Source: Anaeramoeba ignava BMAN
Taxonomy: Eukaryota > Protista > Anaeramoebae
DNA length: 64,000 nt
NCBI GenBank assembly: GCA_028826165.1
Contig: JAPDFW010000118.1
Coordinates: forward strand, 1 to 64,000
Direction of reading: 5' to 3'
Each line of letters begins with the position of its first letter. The stretch's first letter is position 1. This document shows, piece by piece, positions 13,340 through 27,006 of the stretch. The notes below the pieces were generated by a model that saw nothing but the letters and a program-made list of their open reading frames with translations, searched no databases and had not been told where the DNA came from. Position numbers and translations under genes: made by a program.

Positions 13340-15320
13340 TAAATTTGTAAATTGATTTTTAAACAGATTTTTAAACAGATTTTTAAACAGATTTTTAAAC
13401 AGATTTTTAAACAGATTTTTAAACAGATTTTTAAACAGATTTTTAAACAAATTTGTAAATAAATTTGTAAACAGATTTTTAAACAGATTTTTAAACAGAT
13501 TTTTAAATAAATTTGTAAATTGATTTGTAAATTGATTTGTAAATTGATTTTTAAATAATTTGTAAATAAATTTGTAAATAAATTTGAAAATAAATTTGTA
13601 AATAAATTTGTAAATAAATTTGTAAATAAATTTGTAAATAAATTTGTAAATAAATTTGTAAATAAATTTGTAAATAAATTTGTAAATAAATTTGTAAATA
13701 AATTTGTAAATAAATTTGTAAATTGATTTGTAAATAAATTTTTAAACAGATTTGTAAATAAATTTATAAATTGATTTTTAAACAGATTTATAAATTGATT
13801 TGTAAATAAATTTGTAAATAAATTTGTAAATAAATTTGTAAATAAATTTGTAAATAAATTTTTAAAATTGATTTGTAAATTGATTTTTAAATTGATTTTT
13901 AAACAGATTTATAAATTGATTTTTAAACAGATTTATAAATTGATTTATAAACAGATTTATAAATTGATTTATAAACAGATTTTTAAATTGATTTGTAAAT
14001 AAATTTGTAAATTGATTTGTAAATAAATTTGTAAATAAATTTGAATATAAATTTGTAAATTGATTTGAATATAAATTTGAACACAGATTTGTAAATTGAT
14101 TTGTAAACAGATTTATAAACAGATTTTTAAACAGATTTTTAAACAGATTTGTAAATAAATTTGTAAATTGATTTATAAATTGATTTTGTAAATTGATTTG
14201 TAAATTGATTTGTAAATTGATTTGTAAATAAATTTGTAAATTGATTTGTAAATAAATTTGTAAATAAATTTGTAAATAAATTTGTAAATTGATTTGTAAA
14301 TTGATTTGTAAATTGATTTGTAAATAAATTTGTAAATTGATTTGCAAGTTGATTTATAAATTGATTTTTAAATTGATTTTTAAATAAATTTCTAAACAAA
14401 TTTGTAAATTGATTTGTAAATTGATTTTAAATTGAGATTTTTAAAATAGATTTTGTAAATAAATTTGTAAATTAAATTTAAAAAAATTTGTAAATTGATT
14501 TTTAAACAGGGATTTGTAAATAGATTTGTAAATTGATTTGTAAATAAATTTGTAAATTAAATTTGTAAATAAATTTGTAAATAAATTTGTAAATAAATTT
14601 TGATTTGTAAATTGATTTTAAATTGATTTTAAATAAATTTGTAAATAAATTTGTAAATAAATTTGTAAATAAATTTGTAAATTGATTTTTAAATTTATAA
14701 ATTGATTTGTAAATAAATTTTATAAATAAATTTTAAATAAATTTGTAAATAAATTTGAACATAAATTTGTAAATTGATTTGTAAATTGATTTGTAAATAA
14801 ATTTGTAAATAAATTTGTAAATAAATTTGTAAATAAATTTGTAAATTGATTTGTAAATTGATTTGTAAATTGATTTTTAAATTGATTTTTAAATTGATTT
14901 TTAAATTGATTTGTAAATTGATTTGTAAATAAATTTGTAAATAAATTTGTAAATAAATTTGTAAATAAATTTGTAAATAAATTTGTAAATAAATTTGTAA
15001 ATAAATTTGTAAATTAAATTTGTAAATAAATTTGTAAATAAATTTGTAAATAAATTTGTAAATAAATTTGTAAATTGATTTTTAAATTGATTTGTAAATT
15101 GATTTGTAAATAAATTTTGAATATAAATTGATTTGTAAATTGATTTGTAAATAAATTTGTAAATAAATTTGTAAATAAATTTGTAAATAAATTTGTAAAT
15201 AAATTTGTAAATTGATTTGTAAATAAATTTGTAAATAAATTTGTAAATAAATTTGTAAATTGATTTGTAAATTGATTTGTAAATAAATTTTTAAATTGAT
15301 TTGTAAATAAATTTGTAAAT
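13340..15320. repeat. 2-kb 12-bp tandem array (AAATAAATTTGT / AAATTGATTTGT / AAACAGATTTTT)
   Basis: Visible periodicity; source of spurious ORFs 13862-14399. Confidence 0.95.
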
Positions 15321-15462
15321 AAAAATGGTTTTATTGAGAAAAGAAAATGAAAAATGAAAAATTAAAAAAAAAAAATAAAAATAAATTTGAGTAATTTTTA
15401 AATCAAGTTGATTCATTTTTTTCATTTTTTTTTTTAATTTAAAAAAAAATTTAATAATAAAA

Positions 15463-15931
15463 ATGGAAAGTTTTGAAGAAGAAACACAAAAAATTAAAAG
15501 AAATTATAAAAAAAGAAAACAAACTGAAAGTGAAAGTGTAAAGTGAAAGTGAAACAGAAAACTCTGAAAATGAAAATGAAAATGAAAATGAAAACAATCA
15601 ACAAAAAGAAAAAGAAAAAGAAAAAGAAAAGAAAAAAACGAAAAAAAAAACAGAAATAGAACCAGAAATAGAAATAGAAACAGAAATTCAATCACAAACA
15701 ACTTCTTCAAATAAATTTCGTAAAAAACAAAAACAAAGAATAGAAGATCTAGAAAAATCCGCAAAAGAAGTTCAATCCAAAAATATAAAATTACGCACAA
15801 AGCTTTATGTTGCTGAAGCTGAAAGAGATATGCTTGCAACTCAACTTTCTACTTTTCAAAAATTTGTTTCAATTTCTCTTAATTCAAGAGACCAAGAACA
15901 ACAAAAAATTCCAAATCAAAGTGATAAATAA
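15463..15931 (+). CDS. Small bZIP-like protein with one apparent frameshift near 15539
   Basis: ATG at 15463 (MESFEEE...). After a 1-nt insertion in the GAAAGT repeat, the frame reads ...SSNKFRKKQKQRIEDLEKSAKEVQSKNIKLRTKLYVAEAERDMLATQL...SDK*, a basic region plus heptad repeat. Absent from the ORF track. Confidence 0.6.
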
Positions 15932-16049
15932 TTAACGAACTTTCTTTTTTATTCTTTTCTTTTCTTTTCTTTTCTTTTCTTTTTTCTTTTCCATTCTTTA
16001 CTTTTCTTTTAGCAAATTGTTAATCAATAAAAAAATTCATTTCCAAAAA

Positions 16050-19000
16050 ATTTCCACTTTTTTATATTAATAAAATTTAATTTAAATTTTAGATTTAATT
16101 TAAAAATAATATTTTATTAATTTTTTATAAATAAATATTAAATTAAATATATATTATTTTTTATTATTTTTATTATTTAATATTTTTATTCCACTTTTTA
16201 ATTAATAAAATATAAAATTTTAAATTAATTTTAATTTTTAATTAATTTAGATTTAATTTAGAAATAATATTTTATTAATTTTTTATAAATAAATAATAAT
16301 TTAAATTAATATTATTTTTTATTATTTTTATTTTAAAATATTTTATTCCACTTTTTAATTAATAAAATATAAAAATTTAAATCAATTTTAATTTTATATT
16401 AATTTAGATTTTTTAATTTTTAAATAAATTTTTATAAATTTTTTAAAAAATAAATATTAAATTAAATTTATATTATTTTTTATTATTTTTATTATTTAAT
16501 TTTTATTCCACTTTTTTTTTTAATTAATAAAATTTAAAAAATTTAAATTAATTTTAATTTTATATTAATTTATATTTTAATTTAGAAATAATATTTTATT
16601 AATTTTTATAAATAAATATTAATTTAAATTTATATTATTTTTATTATTTTTATTATATTTTAATATTTTATTCCACTTTTTTTTAATTAATAAAATATAA
16701 AATTTTAAATTAATTTTAATTTTATATTAATTTTTATATTTAATTTAAAAATAATATTTTATTAAATTTTATAAATAAATATTAATTTAAATTTATATTA
16801 TTTTTATATTATTTTTATTATTTAATTTTTATTCCACTTTTTTTTAATTAATAAAATTTAAAAATTTAATTCAATTTTAATTTTATATTAATTTAGATTT
16901 AATTTAGAAATAATATTTTATTAATTTTTATAAATAAATATTAAATTAAATTTATATTATTTTTATTATTTTTATTATTTTAATTTTTATTCCACTTTTT
17001 TTTAATTAATAAAATATAAAATTTTAATTCAATTTTAATTTTATATAAATTTTTAGATTTAATTTAAAAATAATATTTTATTAATTTTTATAAATAAATA
17101 TTAAATTAAATTTATATTATTTTTATTATTTTTATTATTTAATTTTTTATTCAACTTTTTTTAATTAATAAAATTTAAAAATTTAATTTAATTTTAATTT
17201 TATATTAATTTAGATTTAATTTAGAAATAATATTTTATTAATTTTTATAAATAAATAATAATTTAAATTAATATTATTTTTATTATTTTTATTATTTAAT
17301 TTTTATTCCACTTTTTTTTAATTAATAAAATATAAAATTTTAAATTAATTTTAATTTTATATTTATTTAGATTTAATTTAGAAATAATATTTTATTAATT
17401 TTTCTAAAATAAATATTAATTTAAATTAATATTATTTTTATTATTTTTATTATTTAATTTTTATTCAACTTTTTAATTAATAAAAAATATAAAATTTAAA
17501 ATCAATTTTAATTTTATATTTATTTAGATTTAATTTAAAAATAATATTTTATTAATTTTTATAAATAAATATTAATTTAAATATATATTATTTTATATTA
17601 TTTTTATTATTTAATTTTTATTCAACTTTTTTTAATTAATAAAATTTAAAATTTAATTTAATTTTAATTTTATATTAATTTATATTTAATTTAAAAATAA
17701 TATTTTATTAATTTTTATAAATAAATAAATAAATAATTAAAAATATATTATTTTTTTATTATTTTTTTTTATTTTTATTTTTTATTTTTATTTTTCTTTT
17801 TAATTAATAAAATATAAAATTTTAATTTAATTTTAATTTTATATTAATTTATATTTAATTTAGAAATAATATTTTATTAATTTTTATAAATAAATATTAA
17901 AATATAAAATTAATATTATTTTTATTATTTTTATTATTTAATTTTTATTCCACTTTTTTTTAATTAATAAAATTTAAAAAATTTAAATTAATTTTAATTT
18001 TATATTAATTTATATTTAATTTAGAAATAATATTTTATTAATTTTTATAAATAAATAATAATTTAAATTAATATTATTTTTATTATTTTTATTATTTAAT
18101 ATTTTATTCCACTTTTTTTTAATTAATAAAATATAAAATTTTAAATTAATTTTAATTTTATATTAATTTATATTTAATTTAAAAATAATATTTTATTAAT
18201 TTTTATAAATAAATATTAATTTAAATTAATATTATTTTATATTATTTTTATTATTTAATTTTTATTCCACTTTTTTTTAATTAATAAAAATATAAAAATT
18301 TAAATCAATTTTAATTTTATATTTATTTAGATTTAATTTAAAAATAATATTTTATTAATTTTTATAAATAAATAATAATTTAAATTTATATTATTATTTA
18401 TTATTTTTTATTATTTAATTTTTATTCCACTTTTTTTAATTAATAAAATATAAAATTTTAAATTAATTTTAATTTTATATTAATTTATATTTAATTTAAA
18501 AATAATATTTTATTAATTTTTTATAAATAAATATTAATTTAAATTTATATTATTTTTTTTATTTTTATTATTTAATTTTTATTCAACTTTTTAATTAATA
18601 AAATATAAAATTTTAAATTAATTTTAATTTTTAAATTAATTTAGATTTAATTTAAAAATAATATTTTATTAAATTTTTATAAATAAATAATAATTTAAAT
18701 TTATATTATTATTTATTATTTTTATTATTTAATTTTTATTCCACTTTTTAATTAATAAAATATAAAATTTAAATTAATTTTAATTTTATATTAATTTATA
18801 TTTAATTTAGAAATAATATTTTATTAATTTTTATAAATAAATAATAATTTAAATATATATTATTTTTTATTATTTTTATTATTTAATTTTTATTCCACTT
18901 TTTTTTAATTAATAAAATTTAAAAATTTAAATTAATTTTAATTTTATATTAATTTAGATTTAATTTAAAAATAATATTTTATTAATTTTTATAAATAAAT

Positions 19001-19635
19001 ATTAATTTAAATTTATATTATTTTTTATTATTTTTTATTATTTAATTTTTATTCCACTTTTTTTTAATTAATAAAATATAAAAATTTTAAATTAATTTTA
19101 ATTTTATATTAATTTTAGATTTAATTTAGAAATAATATTTTATTAAATTTTTATAAATAAATATTAATTTAAATTAATATTATTTTTTTTATTATTTTTA
19201 TTATTTAATTTTTATTCCACTTTTTTTTAATTAATAAAATATAAAATTTTAAATTAATTTTAATTTTTATATTAATTTAGATTTAATTTAAAAATAATAT
19301 TTTATTAAATTTTTATAAATAAATAATAATTTAAATTTATATTATTTTTTATTATTTTTATTATTTAATTTTTTATTCCACTTTTTTTTAATTAATAAAA
19401 TATAAAATTTTAATTTAATTTTAATTTTTAATTAATTTAGATTTAATTTAAAAATAATATTTTATTAATTTTTTATAAATAAATATTAATTTAAATTAAT
19501 ATTATTTTTTATTATTTTTATTATTTAATTTTTTATTCCACTTTTTTTTAATTAATAAAATATAAAATTTTAAATTAATTTTAATTTTTAATTAATTTAT
19601 ATTTAATTTAAAAATAATATTTTATTAATTTTTTT
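16050..19635. repeat. ~160-bp AT-rich satellite, ~22-23 copies
   Basis: Marker TTCCAC/TTCAAC recurs at ~16191, 16348, 16508, 16673, 16834, 16992 ... 19378, 19538. Confidence 0.95.
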
Positions 19636-20139
19636 CTGATTTTTTTTTGCCAGAAAACAAAGAAAATGAAAACAAAGAAAATGAAAACAAAGAAAATGAA
19701 ACAAAAAAATTTGAAATTGATTTGATTTGTTCATTTTTCTTCCTTTTTATTTTAATTGCTTTTATTTTTGATCTTTGTTTAAATTGTCTTTTAAATATTA
19801 TTCTCTTCGCGAAGATTTGGTTGGTTTTTTTGATTTAGTTTTATTTAAAAGAAAAAAGATCAAAAAAAAAAAAATAAAAATAAAAAAAAAAGGAGAAAGA
19901 AAAAAAAAATAATTTCTTTTATTAAAAGTTCTTAAAATTAAAACTATTTTAAAAAAAAATAAACATAAAATAGAAATTAAATCAAATTTTTTAAAAAGAT
20001 CCAAAAGATAGTTTAAAAATTCCTTTATTTTTCCTTTTTAAATTGAGTTTTTTTTTATTTAATTTAAAAAAAAAAATGAAAAAAAAAATTAAAAAAAATT
20101 TTTTTAAACATTTCATTTTTTTTCTCTTCAATTATTTTT

Positions 20140-21472
20140 ATGATTCCTGCAAAAGTAGACGATTATACTGACTTACAAAAAATTGGGGAAGGAACTTATG
20201 GTGTTGTTTATAAAGGTATTGAACTCATTTCTATTTAAAAATTATGAGAAATGTTTGATACCAAAAAAAAAAATAAAAAATTTTATTTTTATCAAAGCTA
20301 CAAAAATATCAACAGGAGAAACTGTTGCATTGAAAGATATAAGATTAGAAAGTGAAGATGAAGGAGTTCCTTCAACAGCAATAAGAGAAATTTCCCTTTT
20401 GAAAGACTTAAAACATCCTAATATTGTTAGGTTTGTATTTTAATTTTAATTTTATAAATGAATTTTAATTTTATAAATGAATTTTGGAAAAAAGATTACA
20501 CGATGTTATAAACTCAGATCGAAAGTTAACGTTAGTTTTTGAATATTTAAAACAAGATTTAAAGAAATATATTGATAGTTGCAAGGATCCAATTCCTACA
20601 AGACAAATTAAAGTAAAGAAAGAAAAAGAGTTTTTAATTTAAATTTTTTTATTTAAATTTTTTTATTTGTTTTTTTATTCGTTAGTCTTTTTTATATCAA
20701 ATGCTAAGGGGAGTTGCTTATTGCCATGAACACAAAGTTTTACATCGAGATATGAAACCTCAAAATTTATTAATAAACAAAAAAGGAGAACTTAAATTGG
20801 CAGATTTTGGACTTGCAAGAACTTTTGGAATTCCTGTTTCTTCAATTTCCAAAGAAGTTGTTACTTTATGGTATCGACCTCCAGATGTTTTACTTGGCAA
20901 TTTAAAATATGGAACTTGTAAAAAAAAAAACCAAAAAATTATTTGCTTTTTTCCTCTTTTGTTTTTTTAATAAATCAAATTTCTTTTCTTTTTAAAAAAA
21001 AATAGCAATTGATATTTGGTCAACTGGTTGTATTTTTGCAGAAATGTATATAAAAAAACCTTTATTTAGAGGTAAATCACCAAAGAATCAACTCAAGAAA
21101 ATTTTCAAGAAGATGGGAACTCCTTCAAAAGAAGCATGGCCTTCTGTTGTCAAATTACCAGGATGGAGTGAATATAATTTCCAAGAATATCCAGGAAAAA
21201 CTTTACAAGAACTTGTGCCAACAATGGAAGATCCTGAAGGTTTTGATCTTCTTTCTGTAAGCAAATCAAAAAAAAAAGAATTTTTGTTTGTTTGTTGTTT
21301 TTTTACTAATTCAATTTTATTTGCTTTGCCGGAATTTGGAACTTTTATTTTATTTTCTTTTCTTTTCTTTTCTTTTCTTTTTAATTAGCGAATGTTACAA
21401 TGTAATCCAGCAAAAAGATGCAGTGCAAAAGAAGCAATGAAACACTCTTTTTTCAATGATATTAAGAAATGA
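20140..21472 (+). CDS. Cyclin-dependent kinase, PSTAIRE, CDK5/PHO85-like (6 exons)
   Basis: [42 protein letters not shown] and [15 protein letters not shown] (RPPDVL is typical of the CDK5/PCTAIRE/PHO85 group). GT-AG introns. Confidence 0.92.
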
Positions 21473-21960
21473 TGCAATTTAATTTGTTTTTTTTTTTTTC
21501 TCTAATTTTTCTCTCAAGTTTTTCTTTTCTTTTCTTTTTGGATTAATTGAATGAGATAATTCAATTTTAGTCTCACTTTTTGGATCGTCAATTTCCAAAA
21601 TTTTTCTTTTTGTTTTTTTTTTTTCATTTCTTCTTTTGTTGTTTTTTTTTTGTCTGAAATTTAACAGACTTTTATAAGGAAATTGATTGTAAATGTGTGA
21701 AAGTTTAAACAAGAAAAATTTTACAATTTCAAGAAGAAAAAAGTTGGAATAATAATAATAATAAAAAAAAAAGAAAGAAATTAAATTTTTTATTAATTTT
21801 TTATTTTTGATTTAAAAGAAAAATTCAATCTAGAAAGAAAATCTTGAAAGAAAATTTTGAAAGAAAATTTTGAAAGAAAGAAATTTTTTTTCTTTTTGGG
21901 AAAATTTTTGGGAATTTCAAATTTGATATTTTTTTTTTAATGAATGAATGAATTAATTAA

Positions 21961-22776
21961 TTAATTGTAAACAAGCTCATCAATTTTATCTTTTAAAGAA
22001 TCAATTTGTCCCTTTAATTGAGAACCATCCTTTCTAACGACAGCGCAGGAAATAACAGAACGAGAGATGCCACAAGCTCTTCCCAAGGCGAGCTTTGAAG
22101 GAACATAAACAAAAGGAACATTTTTGTCTTCACATAAAAGAGGAAGATGCAAAATGATTTCTATCGGCTCTGTGTCAGCAGCCATAACTACAAACTCTGC
22201 GATCCCTCTATTCAGAGCTTTTGTTGCTGTTGATGATCCCCATGAATATTAGTGATGTATAATTTGGAATTGTTCAAGTCAACAAGGATATTTTTTGACA
22301 AATAAAAAAATGAAAATTTTTTAGAAAAAAAAAACGAATCAAAAAAGAAATAAAAAATAAGATAAAAATTTAAATGAGATCATAAAAAAGAAGCGCGATG
22401 ATAAATAGATGAAGAATATTACTTTCGTTTGCGCCTTTACGCAATTGTTTGTAACTCATTGTTTGTTGGACTAAATCCAAAATGGTGACGGTTAGCTCCA
22501 TGTTAGCTAATGGTGTGATTTTTCTTTGCTCATCTTCTTCATCGTCATTTGCTTCAGCTCCTTCTTTACTTTCTTCTTTTATTTCTTTCTCATCAATTGC
22601 GTCGTTTTGTTGTTGTTTTTTTTGTTTTTTTTTTTCTTGATTTTTTCGGTTTTTTTTACTTTTTTTTTTCGTTTTTTTTGGTGGAGAAACTTCCTGAATT
22701 AGTTTGATTTTTTAAAAGCGTTGAATAATTTTTATTTTTATTTATCAAAATTAATTATTTTTTTATTTATTACCAT
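21961..22776 (-). CDS. SNU13: SNU13/15.5K (NHP2L1) kink-turn-binding protein with N-terminal extension (3 exons)
   Basis: LDLVQQ...[10 protein letters not shown]|[38 protein letters not shown]. The first coding exon is ATG only (22774-22776); introns are 22694-22773 and 22227-22422. Confidence 0.93.
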
Positions 22777-22850
22777 TTGAAAAATAAATGAAAAATGAAA
22801 AATGAAAAAATTAAAAAATTAAAAAATTATTTTTTTTTCTTTTTTAAAAA

Positions 22851-24548
22851 ATGAATGAAATTATATTTTTTGGTGAAAATGCTCTTCAATTTAAATTTGA
22901 AAATGAAAAACAAATTAAACAAATTGCATCAGGTTTTTTTTCAACAATTTTCCTTTTTAAAAATGGAAAAGCAATAGAATATTTAACTGGAAATCCTAAA
23001 AAAATTCAAATTGAAGAAAATATTCAAAAAGTAACTTCTGCTTTTCGAAATGAAGCTATTTTAACAAAAGAAGGAAATGTATTTGCAAAAGGAAGAGATA
23101 TTAATCCAAATAATCCAAATGAATTTATCAATATTTCATTATTAATTGAAGATACAAATGATAGAATAATTCAAGATTTTGTTTCTGGAAGAAATTCGTT
23201 TTATTTATTAACTTCAAATCAAATAGTTTATGGAATTGGTTCAAATGAATATTGTCAACTTGGTTTTGATTCTATAACATTCAAAAAAACAGAAAAACCA
23301 ATTTTAATGATGAAAAATGTTTCTAAAATATTTTCAGGAAATGCTTCAAATCATGTTTTTATTTTAAATTCAAATCAAGAATTATTTGGATGCGGATATA
23401 ACAATTCAGGCCAACTTGGATTAGGAGAATCAAGAAAAGAAACAAAAATCCAAAAATTAACCAAAATCCAAAATATTCCAAAAGGCAAAATAATTGATAT
23501 TAAATGTGGATATACTCATTCAGTAATGTTGATTGAAAATGAAAACGAAAATGAAAATCCAAAAAGAAAACTTTATTCATGTGGAAATTACAAATATAAT
23601 GGACTTGGCAAATATAGATCTATCTTAGAATTTACTGAAATCAAATCATCTTTATTTGAAAATGATAATAATATTATTGAAATTTCTTGTGGAAGAGATC
23701 ATACTTTGATTTTAACTTCAAATTCAAAATTAATAGGATTTGGAGATAATTCTAATAGTCAATTAGGAAACAAAAAACTAAATCCGGAAAAAATTCCAAT
23801 TCAAATTGAACTTCCTAAATTAAGATTTAATGATGATATTTCCAATTATCATATTTCTTGTGGATTTAACAGATCATTTATTTATTATTATCCTAATCCT
23901 TTTTCTAATCTTGAAGAAGATTTGATAAAACTATTTAGAAGAAAAGAATTTTGTGATATTTCATTTAAAACAGAAAATGGAGAAATAATTGAAGCTCATA
24001 AATTAATATTGAAATATAGATTAAATAAAAATCAAAATCAAATTGAAAAACTTCAAGAAATTATTTCAAATAAATCAATTAAAGAATCAAATCAAATATT
24101 TGAAATGATTTATTCAAACAGAATAATAAATCCAAAATTATATTCTGAAATTAAAGAAATTATAAATTCAAATGAAAAAATTGAAGAAACAATGAAAAGA
24201 ATTTATTTAAATGAAAATGAAAATGAAAAAGATTTTATAATTGAAAGAAAAGAAAAACAATATAAATTTCCAAAATTAATATTAATAATGAGAAGTGAAT
24301 TATATCGAGGAATGTTTTTATCTGTAACAAATGATACTTCAAATAAAGTTACAGATTATAGTGAATTAAGTAATAAATCATTTCAAATATTTGAATATTG
24401 GATTTATTCAAATCAAATCAAAGATGAAATTCAAATTACACAAGAAATTATTAATGAATTAGAAACAGGAATTGATTATTTTCAATTAAATCAAACAAAT
24501 CCAAATTTATTTGATTTATTAATTAGGAAATTTAAAAATCAAAATTAA
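22851..24548 (+). CDS. RCC1-repeat + BTB domain protein, copy 1
   Basis: RCC1 repeats (GCGYNNSGQLGLG, ISCGRDHTLIL, GFGDNSNSQLG), then BTB-like FCDISFK...AHKLIL and ILIMRSELYRGMF. Confidence 0.88.
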   Translation: MNEIIFFGENALQFKFENEKQIKQIASGFFSTIFLFKNGKAIEYLTGNPKKIQIEENIQKVTSAFRNEAILTKEGNVFAKGRDINPNNPNEFINISLLIEDTNDRIIQDFVSGRNSFYLLTSNQIVYGIGSNEYCQLGFDSITFKKTEKPILMMKNVSKIFSGNASNHVFILNSNQELFGCGYNNSGQLGLGESRKETKIQKLTKIQNIPKGKIIDIKCGYTHSVMLIENENENENPKRKLYSCGNYKYNGLGKYRSILEFTEIKSSLFENDNNIIEISCGRDHTLILTSNSKLIGFGDNSNSQLGNKKLNPEKIPIQIELPKLRFNDDISNYHISCGFNRSFIYYYPNPFSNLEEDLIKLFRRKEFCDISFKTENGEIIEAHKLILKYRLNKNQNQIEKLQEIISNKSIKESNQIFEMIYSNRIINPKLYSEIKEIINSNEKIEETMKRIYLNENENEKDFIIERKEKQYKFPKLILIMRSELYRGMFLSVTNDTSNKVTDYSELSNKSFQIFEYWIYSNQIKDEIQITQEIINELETGIDYFQLNQTNPNLFDLLIRKFKNQN

Positions 24549-24757
24549 AATTAAAATTAAAATTAAAATTAAAATTAAAATTAAAATTAAAATTAAAATT
24601 AAAATTAAAATTAAAAATCAAAATTAAAATTAAAATTAAAATTAAAATTAAAATTAAAATTAAAATTAAAATTAAAATTAAAATTAAAATTAAAATTAAA
24701 ATTAAAATCAAAATTAAAATTCCAAAAATTATTTTTTCATTTTTTTTCTTTTCAAAA

Positions 24758-26802
24758 ATGAATGATTGTTTATTTTTTGGTTCAAATCATAATCCAAAAT
24801 TTATCAAAAATGAACGAAAAAAAATAACAAAACCAATTCAATTTAAATTTGAAAATGAAAATGAAAATGAAAATGAAAATGAAAATGAAAGTGAAAATGA
24901 AAATGAAAATGAAAATGAAAGTGAAAATGAAAATGAAAGTGAAAATGAAAATGAAAATGAAAATGAAAATGAAAATGAAAATGAAAATGAAAGTGAAAAT
25001 GAAAGTGAAAATGAAAATGAAAATGAAAATGAAAATGAAAGTGAAATTGAAAATGAAAATGAAAATGAAAATGAAAATGAAAATGAAAATGAAAATGAAA
25101 ATGAAAATGAAAATGAAAATGAAAAACAAATTAAACAAATTTCAACAAGAGAATTTTCAACAATTTTCCTTTTTAAAAATGGAAAAGCAATAGAATATTT
25201 AAATGAAGAATATTCAAATCAAAATCCTTCAAAAATCCAAATTGAAGAAAATATTCAAAAAGTATCTGTTGGTGATTACAATGAAGCTATTTTAACAATA
25301 GAAGGAAATGTATTTACCAAAGGATATGATATTAATTCAAAAAATCCAAATGAATTTATCAATATTTCATCATTAATTGAAGATAAAAATGATAGAATAA
25401 TTCAAGATATTGCTTCTGGAAATAGTTCAATTTACTTATTAACTTCAAATCAAAATGCTTATGGAATTGGTTCTAATGAAGATGGTCAATTTTTTTTTGA
25501 TTCTAAAACACTTAAAAAAACAGAAAAACCAATTTTAATGATGAAAAATGTTTCTAAAATATTTTCAGGAAATGCTTCAAATCATGTTTTTATTTTAAAT
25601 TCAAATCAAGAATTATTTGGATGTGGAGATAATGAATATGGTCAACTTGGATTAGGAGAATCAAGAAAAGAAGATAAAATCCATAAATTAACCAAAATCC
25701 AAAATATTCCAAAAGGCAAAATAATTGATATTCGATGTGGAGAATTTCATTCAATAATGTTGATTGAAAATGAAAATCAAAATCCAAAAAGAAAACTTTA
25801 TTCATGTGGAAATTATCGATATAATGGACTTGGCAAATATGAAGATACTTATGAATTTACTGAAATCAAATCATCTTTATTTGAAAATGATGATAATATT
25901 CTTGAGATTTCTTGTGGACAATCTCATACTTTGATTTTAACATCTAATTCAAAATTAATTGGATTTGGTGATAATTCTTTTGGTGAATTAGGAAATGGAG
26001 ATACAAAATATCAAAGAATTCCAATTCAAATTAAACTTCCTAAATTAAAATTTAATGAAGATATTTATAATTATCATATTTCTTGTGGAGATTATAATTC
26101 ATTTCTTTATTATTCTCATCCTTCTTTTTCCAATCTTGAAGAAGATTTGATAAAACTATTTAGAAGAAAAGAATTTTGTGATATTTCATTTAAAACAGAA
26201 AATGGAGAAATAATCAAAGCTCATAAATTAATATTGAAATATAGATTAAATCAAAATCAAAATGAAATTGAAAAACTTCAAGAAATTATTTCAAAAAAAT
26301 CAATTAAAGAATCTAATCAAATATTTGAAATGATTTATTCAAACAAAATTATAAATCCAAAATTATATTCAGAAATTAAAGAAATTATAAATTCCAATGA
26401 AAAAATTGAAGAAACAATGAAAAGAATTTATTTAAATGAAAATGAAAATGAAAAAGATTTTATAATTGAAAGAAAAGAAAAGAAAAGAAATATAAATTTC
26501 CCAAATTAATATTAATAATGAGAAGTGAATTATATCGAGGAATGTTTTTATCTGTAACTGAAGATAAATCTAATAAAGTTACAGATTATAGTGAATTAAG
26601 TAATAAATCATTTCAAATATTTGAATATTGGATTTATTCAAATCAAATTAAAGATGAAATTGAAATTACACAAGAAATAATTGATGAAATTAAAATTGGA
26701 ATTGATTATTTTCAATTAAATCAAACAAATCCAAATTTATTTGATTTATTAATTAATAAATTTAATAATCAAAATTATAATCAAAATCAAAATCAAAATT
26801 AA
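24758..26802 (+). CDS. RCC1-repeat + BTB domain protein, copy 2 (frameshift at ~26480; long NE run)
   Basis: Near-identical to copy 1. An extra 5-nt AGAAA unit splits it into ORFs 24758-26509 and 26518-26802. Confidence 0.8.
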
Positions 26803-27006
26803 AATTAAAATTAAAATTAAAATTAAAATCAAAATTAAAATTAAAACTAAAATTAAAATTAAAATTAAAATTAAAATTAAAATTAAAATTAAAATCAAAA
26901 TTAAAATCAAAATTAAAATTAAAATTAAAATTAAAATTAAAATTAAAATTAAAATTAAAATTAAAATTTCATTTTTTTCATTTTCATTTTTTAAATTTTT
27001 TTTTGA

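Noticed and set aside
22227-22422. Box C/D snoRNA in the SNU13 intron
   Set aside because: TGATGA occurs only on the antisense strand, and no paired CTGA box was found.
24540-24720. TAA reassigned to Gln (NQNQ read-through into AATTAA arrays)
   Set aside because: Long conserved ORFs contain no in-frame TAA/TAG, and conserved proteins (G-alpha, SNU13, HECT) end at TAA/TAG where expected.
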